The notes: a model not told the origin generated them from the sequence alone. Numbered from the stretch's first letter, positions 47,344 to 57,155 are shown. The stretch is DNA of 64,000 bases from Elusimicrobiota bacterium (GCA_043810025.1 JBDRON010000102.1:4634-68633), one strand, 5' to 3'. Translations and numbers: made by a program.

Positions 47344-48540
47344 ATGGAAATTAGTTTTATGGAAAAAATCGAACGAAAAGTAAAAAAAATTATCCAGGAT
47401 ATCCGGCGGAATGGAGATCGAGCTCTTTGCCAATACACCCGCCAATATGATCAGGTTTCCCTTTCGGTAAAAGAACTGAAGGTTTCGGTCCGGGAGATAG
47501 ACCATTCGGAAAAAAGTGTCAGTGGAGATATTAAGAAGGCCCTTCGGTTTGCCGCTATAAATATCGAAAAATATTACCGCCAACAGTTGAAAACGAATAA
47601 TCTTTTCTCGGGGCTAAAACAACTGATTGTCCGCCCGGGGATGATGATCGAAGACCTAGTCCAGCCGATCGAAAAGATTGGAATTTATGTTCCTGGAGGC
47701 CGGTTTAGTTATCCTTCGACCGTTTTAATGATTGGGATACCGGCAAAAGTATCCGGGGTAGGCCGGGTGCTGATGGTTACAGCGCCTGGCGGTCTGACGG
47801 CGGAGGTTTTGTTTGCGGCCAAAATTTCCGGGATAAAAGAAATCTATCGAATTGGCGGCGCCCAGGCGATCGCGGCGTTGGCTTATGGAACGGAAACCGT
47901 GCCGAAAGTAGATAAAATTTTTGGTCCGGGAAATATTTATGTTACGATGGCCAAAAAGATTGTTTTTGGCGATGTCGGAATTGACATGCTGGCTGGTCCC
48001 AGTGAAGTGATGATTGTGGCTGATCGGAGCTGTCCGGCGAACTTTATTGTTCAGGACTTGTTGGCTCAGCTGGAACACGATCCCCGGACACGGGCCTTGT
48101 TGGTCAGCTGGGATAGCGGGCTTTTGGCGGAAGTGGAAAAGAGTTTTTCTGTTCCCTTTAAACCTTCGCTAAAATTTGTCCGGGTTAAGAGCCCGGCCCA
48201 GGTTGGCCGCCTTGTCAATGATTATGCCCCGGAACATCTGCAAATAATGTGCAAAAACCCCCGATCTTTATTGCCCAAGATTAAGAATGCCGGAGCAATT
48301 TTCCTCGGCCGGTATACGCCGGCAGCTTTAGGCGATTATTTGGCCGGCCCGTCGCATGTGTTGCCAACCGGAGGAACCGCCCGGTTTTCATCCGGACTGC
48401 GGATCGAAGATTTTGTCAAGAAAACCAACGTCATTAGTTATAATGAAAATTCTTTGCGCAGGGTTGCGCCTTATGTAATCAGCTTGGCCGAGAAAGAGGG
48501 TTTAGTTAATCATAGCCGGTCAGTTAAAGCGCGGTTTTAA
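47344..48540 (+). CDS. hisD: Histidinol dehydrogenase
   Basis: GIYVPGG, GGAQAIAAL, GPGNIYV, DMLAGPSE, QLEH, APEHL, GPSHVLPT. Confidence 0.95.
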   Translation: MEISFMEKIERKVKKIIQDIRRNGDRALCQYTRQYDQVSLSVKELKVSVREIDHSEKSVSGDIKKALRFAAINIEKYYRQQLKTNNLFSGLKQLIVRPGMMIEDLVQPIEKIGIYVPGGRFSYPSTVLMIGIPAKVSGVGRVLMVTAPGGLTAEVLFAAKISGIKEIYRIGGAQAIAALAYGTETVPKVDKIFGPGNIYVTMAKKIVFGDVGIDMLAGPSEVMIVADRSCPANFIVQDLLAQLEHDPRTRALLVSWDSGLLAEVEKSFSVPFKPSLKFVRVKSPAQVGRLVNDYAPEHLQIMCKNPRSLLPKIKNAGAIFLGRYTPAALGDYLAGPSHVLPTGGTARFSSGLRIEDFVKKTNVISYNENSLRRVAPYVISLAEKEGLVNHSRSVKARF

Positions 48541-48595
48541 AGAACCGGGTCTGGGGTCTCGGTTCTTGCGAACACCAAGGAGAAACGAGGAAAAA

Positions 48596-49192
48596 ATGAA
48601 AAAAAGACAAGCTAAAGTTACGCGGAATACTAAGGAAACGAAGATCAACATCGAGCTTTCTTTGGATGGCCAGGGAGATTATCGGATTAAAACCGGTATT
48701 CCTTTTTTGGATCATATGTTTTCTCTGTTTGCCAAACATAGTCTTTTTGATCTGAAAATTATTGCCGAAGGTGATCAAGAGGTGGATGACCATCATTTAG
48801 TGGAAGATATTGGGATTACTTTGGGAGAAGCTTTAAAACAAGCTCTAGGAAACAAACTGGGGATCAATCGGTATGGATTTGCTCTTGTTCCGATGGATGA
48901 GGTTCTGAGTGAGGTGGTTGTCGATTTGTCCGGCCGCGCTTATTTTCATTATGGCTTGCAGGTTACTCTTCTCGGTCACGATAAAGAGTTTGATTATACT
49001 CTTTTAGAACATTTTTTCCGATCTTTCGCCGCTTCCGGTGAATTAAATTTACAGATTAATTTGCGCAGCGGGAGCAAGGATAATCATCACATTTTCGAGT
49101 CGGTGTTTAAAGGGTTAGCCAAAGCCTTAACGATGGCGGTGTCCATAAATCATCGGGTAAAAAGCATCCCTTCAACGAAGGGAAAACTATGA
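48596..49192 (+). CDS. hisB: Imidazoleglycerol-phosphate dehydratase
   Basis: RNTKETKI, DHM, DDHHLVED, PMDE, NHHIFES. Confidence 0.95.
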   Translation: MKKRQAKVTRNTKETKINIELSLDGQGDYRIKTGIPFLDHMFSLFAKHSLFDLKIIAEGDQEVDDHHLVEDIGITLGEALKQALGNKLGINRYGFALVPMDEVLSEVVVDLSGRAYFHYGLQVTLLGHDKEFDYTLLEHFFRSFAASGELNLQINLRSGSKDNHHIFESVFKGLAKALTMAVSINHRVKSIPSTKGKL

Positions 49193-49193
49193 C

Positions 49194-49263
49194 GAATGCG
49201 GATTGCGGAATGCGGAATGAAAAATTAAAAGACTCGAATCCTTTCAATTCCGCAATCCGCAAT
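49194..49263. repeat. Inverted GAATGCG heptamer arrays around the same dyad core
   Basis: gaatgcggattgcggaatgcgg...ttaaaagactcgaatcctttcaa ttccgcaatccgcaat. Confidence 0.8.
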
Positions 49264-49279
49264 GGAGCGAAGCGACCAA

Positions 49280-49900
49280 ATGATTGCTATAGTTGATTAT
49301 GGGATGGGTAATTTACGCAGTGTGCAGAAGGCTTTGGAAAAAGTCGGGAGTAAAGCGGTAATTACCTCTTCTTCCCGGAAGATTCTTCAAGCCGATGGCG
49401 TGGTATTGCCTGGTGTTGGCGCTTTTGATTCGGCGATGCAAGTTCTAAGGCGCGCCAAACTGGTCGATCCGCTAATCCGGGTGATTAAAGAAAACCGTCC
49501 TTTCCTGGGGATATGTTTAGGTTTACAGTTGCTTTTTTCTTCCAGCGAAGAAGGTGGAAAGTGTAAAGGATTGGCAGTTATTGAGGGGAAAGTCAAAAAG
49601 TTTAAGAAAAAAGGATTGAAGATCCCTCATTTGGGCTGGAACACAATAAAGATAAAAAAGGCCGAGCCATTATTGGCTGAGATTGAGGAAAACAGTTATT
49701 TCTATTTTGTGCATTCGTATTGTGTATGTCCTGAGGATAAAAGCTGGATCGCCGCCACTACTGATTACGTTGGAGAATTTTGTTCGGCGGTCAGCCGCGG
49801 CAATCTGTTTGCTTGTCAATTCCATCCGGAAAAAAGCAGTGAAGCCGGTCTGCGCCTGTTAGGAAATTTTGTCCGGCTGGTAGAAGAAAAATCAGCTTAA
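49280..49900 (+). CDS. hisH: IGP synthase glutaminase subunit
   Basis: DYGMGNL, PGVG, GICLGLQ, YFVHSY, QFHPEKS. Confidence 0.95.
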   Translation: MIAIVDYGMGNLRSVQKALEKVGSKAVITSSSRKILQADGVVLPGVGAFDSAMQVLRRAKLVDPLIRVIKENRPFLGICLGLQLLFSSSEEGGKCKGLAVIEGKVKKFKKKGLKIPHLGWNTIKIKKAEPLLAEIEENSYFYFVHSYCVCPEDKSWIAATTDYVGEFCSAVSRGNLFACQFHPEKSSEAGLRLLGNFVRLVEEKSA

Positions 49901-49930
49901 GAGTTGTTAGAAGTATAGAAAATTCGATGT

Positions 49931-50078
49931 TTGTTTTGTGTGTGTTCCCCCTTTAAAAAGGGGGATTAAGGGGGATTTTGAAAATTAAAAATATTGTCTA
50001 AATCTTCCCTACCCCTCTTTTTAAAAGAGGGAAAAAAACGTCACAGATATATAAAGTTCCGAGCGCAGTTTGGAGTAA
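49931..50078. repeat. Full-length family-A element with conserved flanks
   Basis: Interior near-identical to 11808-11900; flanks match 42284-42354. Confidence 0.85.
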
Positions 50079-50082
50079 ATTT

Positions 50083-50817
50083 ATGTTAATCATTCCGGCG
50101 ATTGATTTAAAGAGTAGACAATGCGTGCGTCTGAGGCAAGGGCGGGCGGAAGAAGAAACTGTTTTTTCCTCCGATCCGTTGGCTGTGGCCAGGAGATGGA
50201 AAAAAGAAGGGGCAAAACGGTTACACATCATTGATCTGGATGCCGCTTTAGATGGTGTATTAAAAAATTTTGATTTGGTTTTAAGAATTAAAGAAGCGGC
50301 CGGTTTGCCTATTCAGCTGGGAGGAGGAATCAGGAGCAAGGAGATTATCAACAATGTTTTTTCTCACGGAATAGACAAAGTAATTATTACTACCCTGGCC
50401 GTTAAACAGCCGGAGTTGCTGAAAGAATTGGTTGGCATTTATGGAGATAAAATTGTGGTCAGTGTCGATGTTTTTGGCGACAAGGTCGCCGTACACGGCT
50501 GGCAAGAAAAAACGGTGTTAAGCAGCGCGGAATTTGGCCGGAATTTGAAAAGTTGGGGAGTAAAAGAAATAATTTATACCGATATTCAGAAAGACGGCAC
50601 GTTGAGCGGAATAAACGCGGAAAGCATTAAGAAGTTTCTTGAGGAAGTAAAACTTTCCTTGATTGTCGCCGGCGGAGTTTCCAGTTTAGAGGATATAAAA
50701 AAATTACTGCCTTTGCAAAAGCTGGGTGTAACCGGCGCAATTTTGGGCCGGGCGATTTATACAGGAAACATCGATTTTTCCCATGCCGTTAAGCTGGCGG
50801 AAGGATATAAACAGTAG
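50083..50817 (+). CDS. hisA: ProFAR isomerase
   Basis: IIPAIDL, LHIIDLD, QLGGGIRS, YTDIQKDG, AGGVSS, GRAIY. Confidence 0.95.
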   Translation: MLIIPAIDLKSRQCVRLRQGRAEEETVFSSDPLAVARRWKKEGAKRLHIIDLDAALDGVLKNFDLVLRIKEAAGLPIQLGGGIRSKEIINNVFSHGIDKVIITTLAVKQPELLKELVGIYGDKIVVSVDVFGDKVAVHGWQEKTVLSSAEFGRNLKSWGVKEIIYTDIQKDGTLSGINAESIKKFLEEVKLSLIVAGGVSSLEDIKKLLPLQKLGVTGAILGRAIYTGNIDFSHAVKLAEGYKQ

Positions 50818-50841
50818 AGACGCAAAATTTTGCGTCTCTAC
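50814..50841. repeat. 28-bp GTAG palindrome overlapping the hisA stop
   Basis: Identical to 17296-17323; its TAG is the hisA stop codon. Confidence 0.88.
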
Positions 50842-50862
50842 ATTGAGCGAGAGGAAAATAAT

Positions 50863-51612
50863 TTGTTAGCCAAGCGGATTATCCCTTGTTTAGACGTAAA
50901 CGCCGGGCGGGTGGTGAAAGGGACAAAATTTTTAAATTTGCGCGATGCCGGCGACCCGGTAGAAGTAGCCTGTCGTTACGATCGGGAAGGCGCGGATGAG
51001 CTGGTTTTTCTGGATATCACCGCTTCCCATCAGAAACGAAAAATTATTTTGGCTGTGGTAAAAAAAACCGCTGAGCAGGTATTTATTCCCTTTACTGTCG
51101 GTGGCGGGATTAACAGCCTGGCGGACATCCGCCGGCTATTAAACGCCGGCGCGGATAAAGTGTCGTTGAATACCTCGGCGGTGGAAAAACCCCGGTTTAT
51201 TAAAGAAGCGGCCGAAAAGTTTGGCCGGCAGTGTATTGTTGTGGCGATTGATGTCAAGCGGGAAGGATCGGGGTATCGGGTTTACACCCATGGCGGACGC
51301 CGGCCGACAAAATTAGAGGCTTTATCCTGGTCAAAGAAAGTAGAAAAACTGGGAGCCGGGGAAATATTATTAACCAGCATGGATTGCGACGGAACCAAAG
51401 CCGGCTACGATTTAAAGGTGTTAAAAATGATTTGTTCCGCAGTGAATATACCGGTGATTGCTTCCGGAGGAGCCGGCAGAGAAGAACATTTTTATCAGGC
51501 TTTTAAGGCCGGAGCCAGCGCCGCGCTGGCCGCCTCGCTTTTCCATTACCAGGAATTAAGTATTAATAAACTGAAAGAATATTTAAGAAGCCGGAAAGTA
51601 CCAGTGAGATAG
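50863..51612 (+). CDS. hisF: IGP synthase cyclase subunit
   Basis: [37 protein letters not shown]; TTG start after gagagg. Confidence 0.95.
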   Translation: MLAKRIIPCLDVNAGRVVKGTKFLNLRDAGDPVEVACRYDREGADELVFLDITASHQKRKIILAVVKKTAEQVFIPFTVGGGINSLADIRRLLNAGADKVSLNTSAVEKPRFIKEAAEKFGRQCIVVAIDVKREGSGYRVYTHGGRRPTKLEALSWSKKVEKLGAGEILLTSMDCDGTKAGYDLKVLKMICSAVNIPVIASGGAGREEHFYQAFKAGASAALAASLFHYQELSINKLKEYLRSRKVPVR

Positions 51613-51622
51613 TAGTAAAAAT

Positions 51623-51662
51623 TTTCCCTCTCCCCTTGTGGGAGAGGGCAGGGTGAGGGGTT
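51623..51662. repeat. Family-B single unit
   Basis: ttccctctccccttgtgggagagggcagggtgagggg. Confidence 0.85.
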
Positions 51663-51669
51663 AAGCATC

Positions 51670-52068
51670 ATGGTATTGATGAAAACCGATATTTTTTCCC
51701 AGGTAAAGTTTGATTCTAATGGGTTGGTCCCGGCAATAATTCAGGAAGCGAAAACCGGCGAAATTTTAATGGTTGCTTATATGAACAAAGATTCGCTGGA
51801 GAAAACGATCGAGGACGGTAGAACCTGTTTTTGGAGCCGGTCGCGAAAAAAATTTTGGATTAAAGGGGAAAGTTCGGGAAATATCCAGAAAGTGAAAAAA
51901 ATATCGATTGATTGCGATGGCGACGCTTTGCTGATTCAAGTCGAACAAAAAGGCGGAGCGGCCTGTCATACCGGCTATAAATCCTGCTTCTATCGCCGGC
52001 TCAATAAAAACAAGGAATGGCAGGTTCAAGGAAAAAAAGTTTTCGACCCAAAGAAGGTTTATAAGTAA
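51670..52068 (+). CDS. hisI: Phosphoribosyl-AMP cyclohydrolase
   Basis: [32 protein letters not shown]. Confidence 0.95.
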   Translation: MVLMKTDIFSQVKFDSNGLVPAIIQEAKTGEILMVAYMNKDSLEKTIEDGRTCFWSRSRKKFWIKGESSGNIQKVKKISIDCDGDALLIQVEQKGGAACHTGYKSCFYRRLNKNKEWQVQGKKVFDPKKVYK

Positions 52069-52084
52069 GGTTTAAGATTGCCCA

Positions 52085-52120
52085 CCCTCTCCCCTTGCGG
52101 GAGAGGGAAGGGTGAGGGGT
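52085..52120. repeat. Family-B single unit
   Basis: ccctctccccttgcgggagagggaagggtgagggg. Confidence 0.85.
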
Positions 52121-52129
52121 ATTTATAAA

Positions 52130-52630
52130 ATGAAACGGATATTGTTTTTATTAATGTTAGGGGCGATTGGCGCTTTTTTGGTCCGGCAGTTTTGTATCGA
52201 AGCGATTAGTGTGGCCAGCGCTTCGATGGAGCCAACCTTGCCTAGCGGAATGACTTATTTTGTGAATAAGATGGTTTATTTTTTTCGCGCCCCTCAACGC
52301 GGAGAAATTGTCGTTTTACCTTCACCGGTGAATACCAAGAAAGATTTAATTAAACGGGTGATTGCGATCGGTGGCGACATCCTGGAGATTAACGATAAAA
52401 TTGTCTCGCTTAACGGTAGGGAGCTGGCCGAAGGTTATGTTCGGCATACCCGTAAAGACGAAATTCTTTACGACGATAATTTAGGACCGCTGGTTGTTCC
52501 TGAGGGGTTTGTGTTCTTAATGGGCGATAACCGGGACGAAAGCGGGGATAGCCGCGACTGGAAAGATATAGACGGAAAATATATCTATTTTATCCCAATA
52601 AAAAAAATAAAAGGAAAAGTGATGAATTAG
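52130..52630 (+). CDS. lepB: Signal peptidase I
   Basis: SASMEPTL, LIKRVI, MGDNRDESGDSR. Confidence 0.92.
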   Translation: MKRILFLLMLGAIGAFLVRQFCIEAISVASASMEPTLPSGMTYFVNKMVYFFRAPQRGEIVVLPSPVNTKKDLIKRVIAIGGDILEINDKIVSLNGRELAEGYVRHTRKDEILYDDNLGPLVVPEGFVFLMGDNRDESGDSRDWKDIDGKYIYFIPIKKIKGKVMN

Positions 52631-52786
52631 GGATCAAGGGGTCTGGGGTTCGAGGGCTCAAGGGTTTGAGGAATCGAACGACAGCAAATATCTTTGTTAT
52701 AGCGACAGAGATGGGCGAGATGTCTGGCGGGTAGTGGAGGAAGTAAAGTAAAAAATGGGTGTTTAGTTGGAGGGGGAGAAAAGGCT

Positions 52787-53176
52787 ATGACAATAAAAGA
52801 CCATCTCGATTATTGGTTAAACAGCGCTGAATATGATTTTAATACCGCCCTGACTTTGTTTAAGAATAAACAATATGCTTGGTGTTTATTTATTGGACAT
52901 TTGGTTTTAGAAAAAACATTAAAAGCAATTTGGGTAAGAGATAATAACAATAAAGTTCCTCCAAAAACGCATAATCTTGTGGTCATTGCTGAAGGGACAA
53001 AATTAAAGATAAGTGATGAAATAAAGTTAGAGTTTTTAGACATAAATGATTTCAATATAGAAACTAGATATCCCGATTATCGATTGGAATTTTATAAAAG
53101 ATGTGACAAGAAATTTACGGAAATAAAATTTAAAATTATTAAGGAGATGTTTAAATGGCTAAAAGAACAAATTTAG
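52787..53176 (+). CDS. HEPN-domain protein
   Basis: AEYDFNTA, HLVLEKTLKA, PPKTHNL, ETRYP. Confidence 0.88.
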   Translation: MTIKDHLDYWLNSAEYDFNTALTLFKNKQYAWCLFIGHLVLEKTLKAIWVRDNNNKVPPKTHNLVVIAEGTKLKISDEIKLEFLDINDFNIETRYPDYRLEFYKRCDKKFTEIKFKIIKEMFKWLKEQI

Positions 53177-53466
53177 GAAAGGATATTTTTGATTTTATTA
53201 GCGAGATTAAAAAAAATATTAAGGTTAAAAGTATATATTTCTTTGGCTCCTATGTAAAAGGTAAAAGTCATAGATACAGCGATATCGATTTGGCGATTGT
53301 TTCCGATGATTTCACCGGGTTTAAATTTGAGGACAGAAAGAAAATCAATCCGTTAATTTTAAAAACAAATATAAATATTGAAGTCCATCCGTTTACTGCC
53401 AAGGAATTCAAAGAAAAAAATCCCTTTGTAAAAGAGATTATAGAAACCGGGAAAAGACTTTTTTAG
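53155..53466 (+). CDS. Minimal nucleotidyltransferase (MNT)
   Basis: YFFGSYVKG...SDIDLAIV (GS-x10-DxD). Confidence 0.88.
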   Translation: MAKRTNLGKDIFDFISEIKKNIKVKSIYFFGSYVKGKSHRYSDIDLAIVSDDFTGFKFEDRKKINPLILKTNINIEVHPFTAKEFKEKNPFVKEIIETGKRLF

Positions 53467-53475
53467 AGATGAACT

Positions 53476-54981
53476 ATGACCAAACCTTCATTTGCGGAAT
53501 TTAAAAAATTAGCCAAAAAAGGGAATTTGATCCCGGTTTATAAGGAAGTTTTAGCCGATCAAGTAACGCCGGTTTTTGCGTTCCGGCAGTTGGCGGCCAG
53601 CGGCAAGGATTATGCCTTCTTGCTGGAAAGTGTGGAGGGCGGCGAAAAAATCGGCCGGTATTCTTTTGTTTCTGCCGGGCCGAAAATAGTTTTTGAAGGC
53701 CAAGGGAATAAAATAAAAATTACTGAGAATGGGAAAAGGGAAGAGAAAACAGTTGAATCGCCTTTACCGGAGTTAAAAAAAATCTTGAATCGGTACAAAA
53801 TAGCCGGCCACGAAGATTTGCCGCGTTTTTGGGGCGGGGCGGTCGGGTATATCGGTTACGATGCCGTCAGATTTTTTGAAAAATTACCCGATACTTTGCC
53901 GGATACTTTAAAAATTCCGGACAGTATTTTTTTAGTGAATAAGGTGATCCTTATTTTTGACCATCTGCGGCAGTCCTTGCTGGTGGTGAGTAACGCCTTC
54001 CTTGACGAAAAAAATAATCCGGAGGAAATTTATCAAAACTGCGGTCAGGAGATTGAGCAAATTCTTAATCTTTTAACCAGAGCTTCGACGAAATCCTTCG
54101 ATTTCCTGCCGGAAAAAAATTCCCTTGTTCGATTGCCGTCAGTTGCGCCGAAAGAATCTTGTTCTCAGCAGGAGTTTGTCCAAGCGGTAGAAAAAGCCAA
54201 AAAATATATTCATCAGGGCGATGTAATTCAGGTGGTTATATCCCAGCGCTGGTATAGAGAGGTGCATGCCCCGCCTTTTCTAATTTATCGGGCGCTGCGC
54301 AATGTTAATCCGTCGCCTTATATGTTCCATTTACGGTTAAACGGTTTTGACTTGATCGGTTCCTCTCCGGAACTTCTGGCGGCTAAGGAAGGCGATCGGG
54401 CTTTATTGCGGCCGATTGCCGGCACCCGGCCCCGGGGCAAAACCGAAGAGCAGGATTTACAACTAGAGAAAGAGTTGTTGGCCGATCCGAAAGAAAAAGC
54501 TGAACACATCATGCTGGTGGATTTAGCCCGCAACGACTTAGGGAGGGTTTGTCAGTTTGGTTCGGTAAAGGTCACTGATTTAATGCGGATTGAACGGTAT
54601 TCCCATGTGATGCATATTGTTTCCGATGTCGAGGGAAAACTGTCGCCGGAATACGATGCCTTCGATTTGTTTGCAGCCAGTTTCCCGGCGGGCACCGTCA
54701 GCGGGGCGCCAAAAATCCGGGCGATGGAAATAATTGAGGAGCTGGAAAGCAGCCGGCGCGGCCCTTATGCCGGAGCGGTAGGATTTTTTGGCTTTGAAGG
54801 AAACATGGAAATGGCCATCACTATTCGTACGATTCTTCTGAAAGACAAAGTTGCTTATGTCCAGGCCGGGGCCGGGATAGTCAGCGATTCCCAGCCATTG
54901 AAAGAATATCAGGAATCCAAAAACAAAGCCGCCGCCCTCTGGAAAGCGATTGATTTTGCCGAGAGTATGAAACTAAAATGA
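53476..54981 (+). CDS. trpE: Anthranilate synthase component I
   Basis: LLESVEGGEKIGRYS, QVVISQR, SPYM, RPIAGT, EHIMLVDL, GTVSGAPK. Confidence 0.95.
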   Translation: MTKPSFAEFKKLAKKGNLIPVYKEVLADQVTPVFAFRQLAASGKDYAFLLESVEGGEKIGRYSFVSAGPKIVFEGQGNKIKITENGKREEKTVESPLPELKKILNRYKIAGHEDLPRFWGGAVGYIGYDAVRFFEKLPDTLPDTLKIPDSIFLVNKVILIFDHLRQSLLVVSNAFLDEKNNPEEIYQNCGQEIEQILNLLTRASTKSFDFLPEKNSLVRLPSVAPKESCSQQEFVQAVEKAKKYIHQGDVIQVVISQRWYREVHAPPFLIYRALRNVNPSPYMFHLRLNGFDLIGSSPELLAAKEGDRALLRPIAGTRPRGKTEEQDLQLEKELLADPKEKAEHIMLVDLARNDLGRVCQFGSVKVTDLMRIERYSHVMHIVSDVEGKLSPEYDAFDLFAASFPAGTVSGAPKIRAMEIIEELESSRRGPYAGAVGFFGFEGNMEMAITIRTILLKDKVAYVQAGAGIVSDSQPLKEYQESKNKAAALWKAIDFAESMKLK

Positions 54982-55592
54982 ATAGAATAAAATTGAACAA
55001 TAAAAAAACTATTCGTCCAATTGTCGTCATCGACAACTTCGATTCTTTTGTCTACAATTTGGTCCAGTATATCGGAGAGATGATGCCTCAACTGAAAGTC
55101 TTCCGCAACAATGCGATCACTGTGGAACAAATTGTCTCTCTTAACCCGCAGGCGATAATCATTTCTCCCGGTCCCTGCGGCCCGCCCAAAGCCGGTATTT
55201 CTGTCGAGGTAATCAAATTTTTTGCCGGCCGGATACCAATATTAGGGGTTTGCCTGGGACATCAGTCTATCGGTTATGCTTTCGGCGGTAAAATAGTTGT
55301 GGCCAAAAAGATCATGCACGGAAAAACTTCCCTGGTCCATCACGACGGGAAAACAATTTTTCAAGGTGTCGCCAACCCTCTGGAAGCGATTCGTTATCAT
55401 TCCCTGCTGGTAGAAAGAAAAAGTTTCCCCAAAGATTTAGTCGTCACCGCCTGGACCAAGGACGGTGAAATTATGGGGTTACGTCACAAAAAACATTTCA
55501 TTGAAGGTGTCCAATTCCACCCGGAATCAATTTTAACCAAAGAAGGCAAAAAGATCGTGATAAATTTTCTGAAGCTAGCCGGATGTATTTAA
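54978..55592 (+). CDS. trpG: Anthranilate synthase component II
   Basis: IDNFDSF, SPGP, GVCLGHQ, RYHSL, QFHPES. Confidence 0.93.
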   Translation: MNRIKLNNKKTIRPIVVIDNFDSFVYNLVQYIGEMMPQLKVFRNNAITVEQIVSLNPQAIIISPGPCGPPKAGISVEVIKFFAGRIPILGVCLGHQSIGYAFGGKIVVAKKIMHGKTSLVHHDGKTIFQGVANPLEAIRYHSLLVERKSFPKDLVVTAWTKDGEIMGLRHKKHFIEGVQFHPESILTKEGKKIVINFLKLAGCI

Positions 55593-55600
55593 GGACAGCG

Positions 55601-55632
55601 TATTCCCCCTCTCTCCCAAGGGGAGAGGAGGA
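55601..55632. repeat. Degenerate family-B remnant
   Basis: ttccccctctctcccaaggggagagg. Confidence 0.6.
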
Positions 55633-55676
55633 ATGGGTGTTTGTAATTGGTGGTTGAGGCATGTTGCCTGTGATAG

Positions 55677-55716
55677 TTGACAAAGCAGCGAATTTTTGTA
55701 TAATATAGTATATACA
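55677..55716 (+). promoter_or_regulatory. Consensus promoter with an overlapping dyad, upstream of brnT
   Basis: TTGACA 55677-82, 16 nt spacer, TATAAT 55699-704; TGTATA...TATACA at 55697-55716. Confidence 0.7.
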
Positions 55717-55777
55717 ATTAAATGTCATTTCGTGAAGAAATCATCGCTGCGCAAGTGAGAGTAAAGGGGATTTTCGG

Positions 55778-56086
55778 TTGAAAATAGATTTATTTTCTGT
55801 TGAAGAATTTGATTGGGATCAGTTTAACATAGAAAAAAACCGCAAAAAACATGAAGTAGAGCCTTATGAATGCGAAGAAGTATTTTTTAACGAACCATAT
55901 GTTGCCGCAGATGAAAAACATTCTTGTAATGAAGAAAGATATTATTCGCTGGGAAAAACCTATTCGGAGAGATTGTTGTTTGTCGTTTTTACTGTTCGAG
56001 ACAATAAAATAAGAGTGATAAGCGCCAGGGATATGACTAACAAAGAAAGGAGATTCTATCATGAAGCAATTAAAAGAAATACCTAG
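55778..56086 (+). CDS. BrnT-family toxin
   Basis: FDWDQFNIEKNRKKHEV, EERYYSLG, IRVISARDMTNKERRFY. Confidence 0.9.
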   Translation: MKIDLFSVEEFDWDQFNIEKNRKKHEVEPYECEEVFFNEPYVAADEKHSCNEERYYSLGKTYSERLLFVVFTVRDNKIRVISARDMTNKERRFYHEAIKRNT

Positions 56087-56348
56087 ATTTAAGACTGAAG
56101 AGGCCGAAGCGGAGTTTTGGGCAAAACACGATTCTACTGAGTATGTAGATTTTTCTAAAGGGAAAAAAGTAATTTTTCCTGGTTTAAAACCCAGTTCCAG
56201 ATCAATTCCAATTAGATTCCCGATGTCTTTATTGGAACGGCTTAAATATTTGGCCAACAAAAGGCATATCCCTTATCAATCTTTACTAAAGATATTTTTA
56301 TCGGAAAGAATAGATAAAGAATTGCATCACACCAGACGAACAAGGTGA
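56061..56348 (+). CDS. BrnA/CopG-like antitoxin
   Basis: IPRFKTEEAEAEFW, IPIRFP...LKYLANKRHIPYQSLLKIFL. Confidence 0.87.
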   Translation: MKQLKEIPRFKTEEAEAEFWAKHDSTEYVDFSKGKKVIFPGLKPSSRSIPIRFPMSLLERLKYLANKRHIPYQSLLKIFLSERIDKELHHTRRTR

Positions 56349-56396
56349 GAAATACAAATCCATACTTGTTGGCGCAGGAATTTTACCTTTTCGATT

Positions 56397-56424
56397 GCAG
56401 GGAACGGTTGCGACCGCTCCCTGC
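56397..56424. repeat. 28-bp degenerate GTAG-type palindrome (GCAG)
   Basis: gcagggaacggttgcgaccgctccctgc. Confidence 0.7.
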
Positions 56425-56466
56425 AGTAAAAAGCGAAGTTGATTTTGCAGGAACCGACGAATAAAT

Positions 56467-56667
56467 ATGAATAAAAAATATATTCGAATAGCTAAGTCGC
56501 ACAAAGATGCTCACGAATTTTATGAAGAGATGGATTTAAAGAAGAGTCCCGGTGAACGGATGGCCGATTTAACTTTTCTTCGCAGGCAATACTTTAAGCT
56601 GAAAGGTTACACCCCTGAGCAGCTGCTGTTCAAAAAAGTCGTGACAATTATTCATCGGCATTTATAG
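56467..56667 (+). CDS. Small hypothetical protein, putative partner of the downstream nucleotidyltransferase
   Basis: 66 aa; SPGERMADL motif; tightly linked. Confidence 0.65.
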   Translation: MNKKYIRIAKSHKDAHEFYEEMDLKKSPGERMADLTFLRRQYFKLKGYTPEQLLFKKVVTIIHRHL

Positions 56668-56675
56668 GGGATACG

Positions 56676-57152
56676 ATGCGATTAGAAAAAGATTATAAAG
56701 ATTTTTTTGAGGTTCTCAACAAGAACGAGGTTAAATATTGTATCGTAGGCGCTGTAGCGGTAACATTGCATGGGTATCCAAGATATACAAAAGATGTGGA
56801 TATACTGATCGAACCAAAAAGAGAAAATGCTCAAAAACTGCTTAAGGCGATAAAAGATTTTGGGTTTGAATCCCTGGATATTAATGAAAATGATATCTTG
56901 AAAAAAGATAATATCATTCAACTTGGCTATGAACCTATCCGCATTGATCTGATCATGGCGATACCCGGATTTGAATTTGAACAAATTTGGGAACATAAAA
57001 AAGTAACTAAAGTGGATAATGTGGAAATAAATTATATCGGATTGGATGAACTAATCAAAACAAAATCCATCTCCGCTCTTGAACCGGAACGAAAAAAAGA
57101 TTTAATTGATGTAGAAGCTCTAAAAAAAATAAAATCTAAAGAAACTGATTAG
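56676..57152 (+). CDS. Pol-beta-superfamily nucleotidyltransferase
   Basis: IVGAVAV..HGYPRYTKDVDIL, RIDL, K..D. Confidence 0.85.
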   Translation: MRLEKDYKDFFEVLNKNEVKYCIVGAVAVTLHGYPRYTKDVDILIEPKRENAQKLLKAIKDFGFESLDINENDILKKDNIIQLGYEPIRIDLIMAIPGFEFEQIWEHKKVTKVDNVEINYIGLDELIKTKSISALEPERKKDLIDVEALKKIKSKETD

Positions 57153-57155
57153 ATA

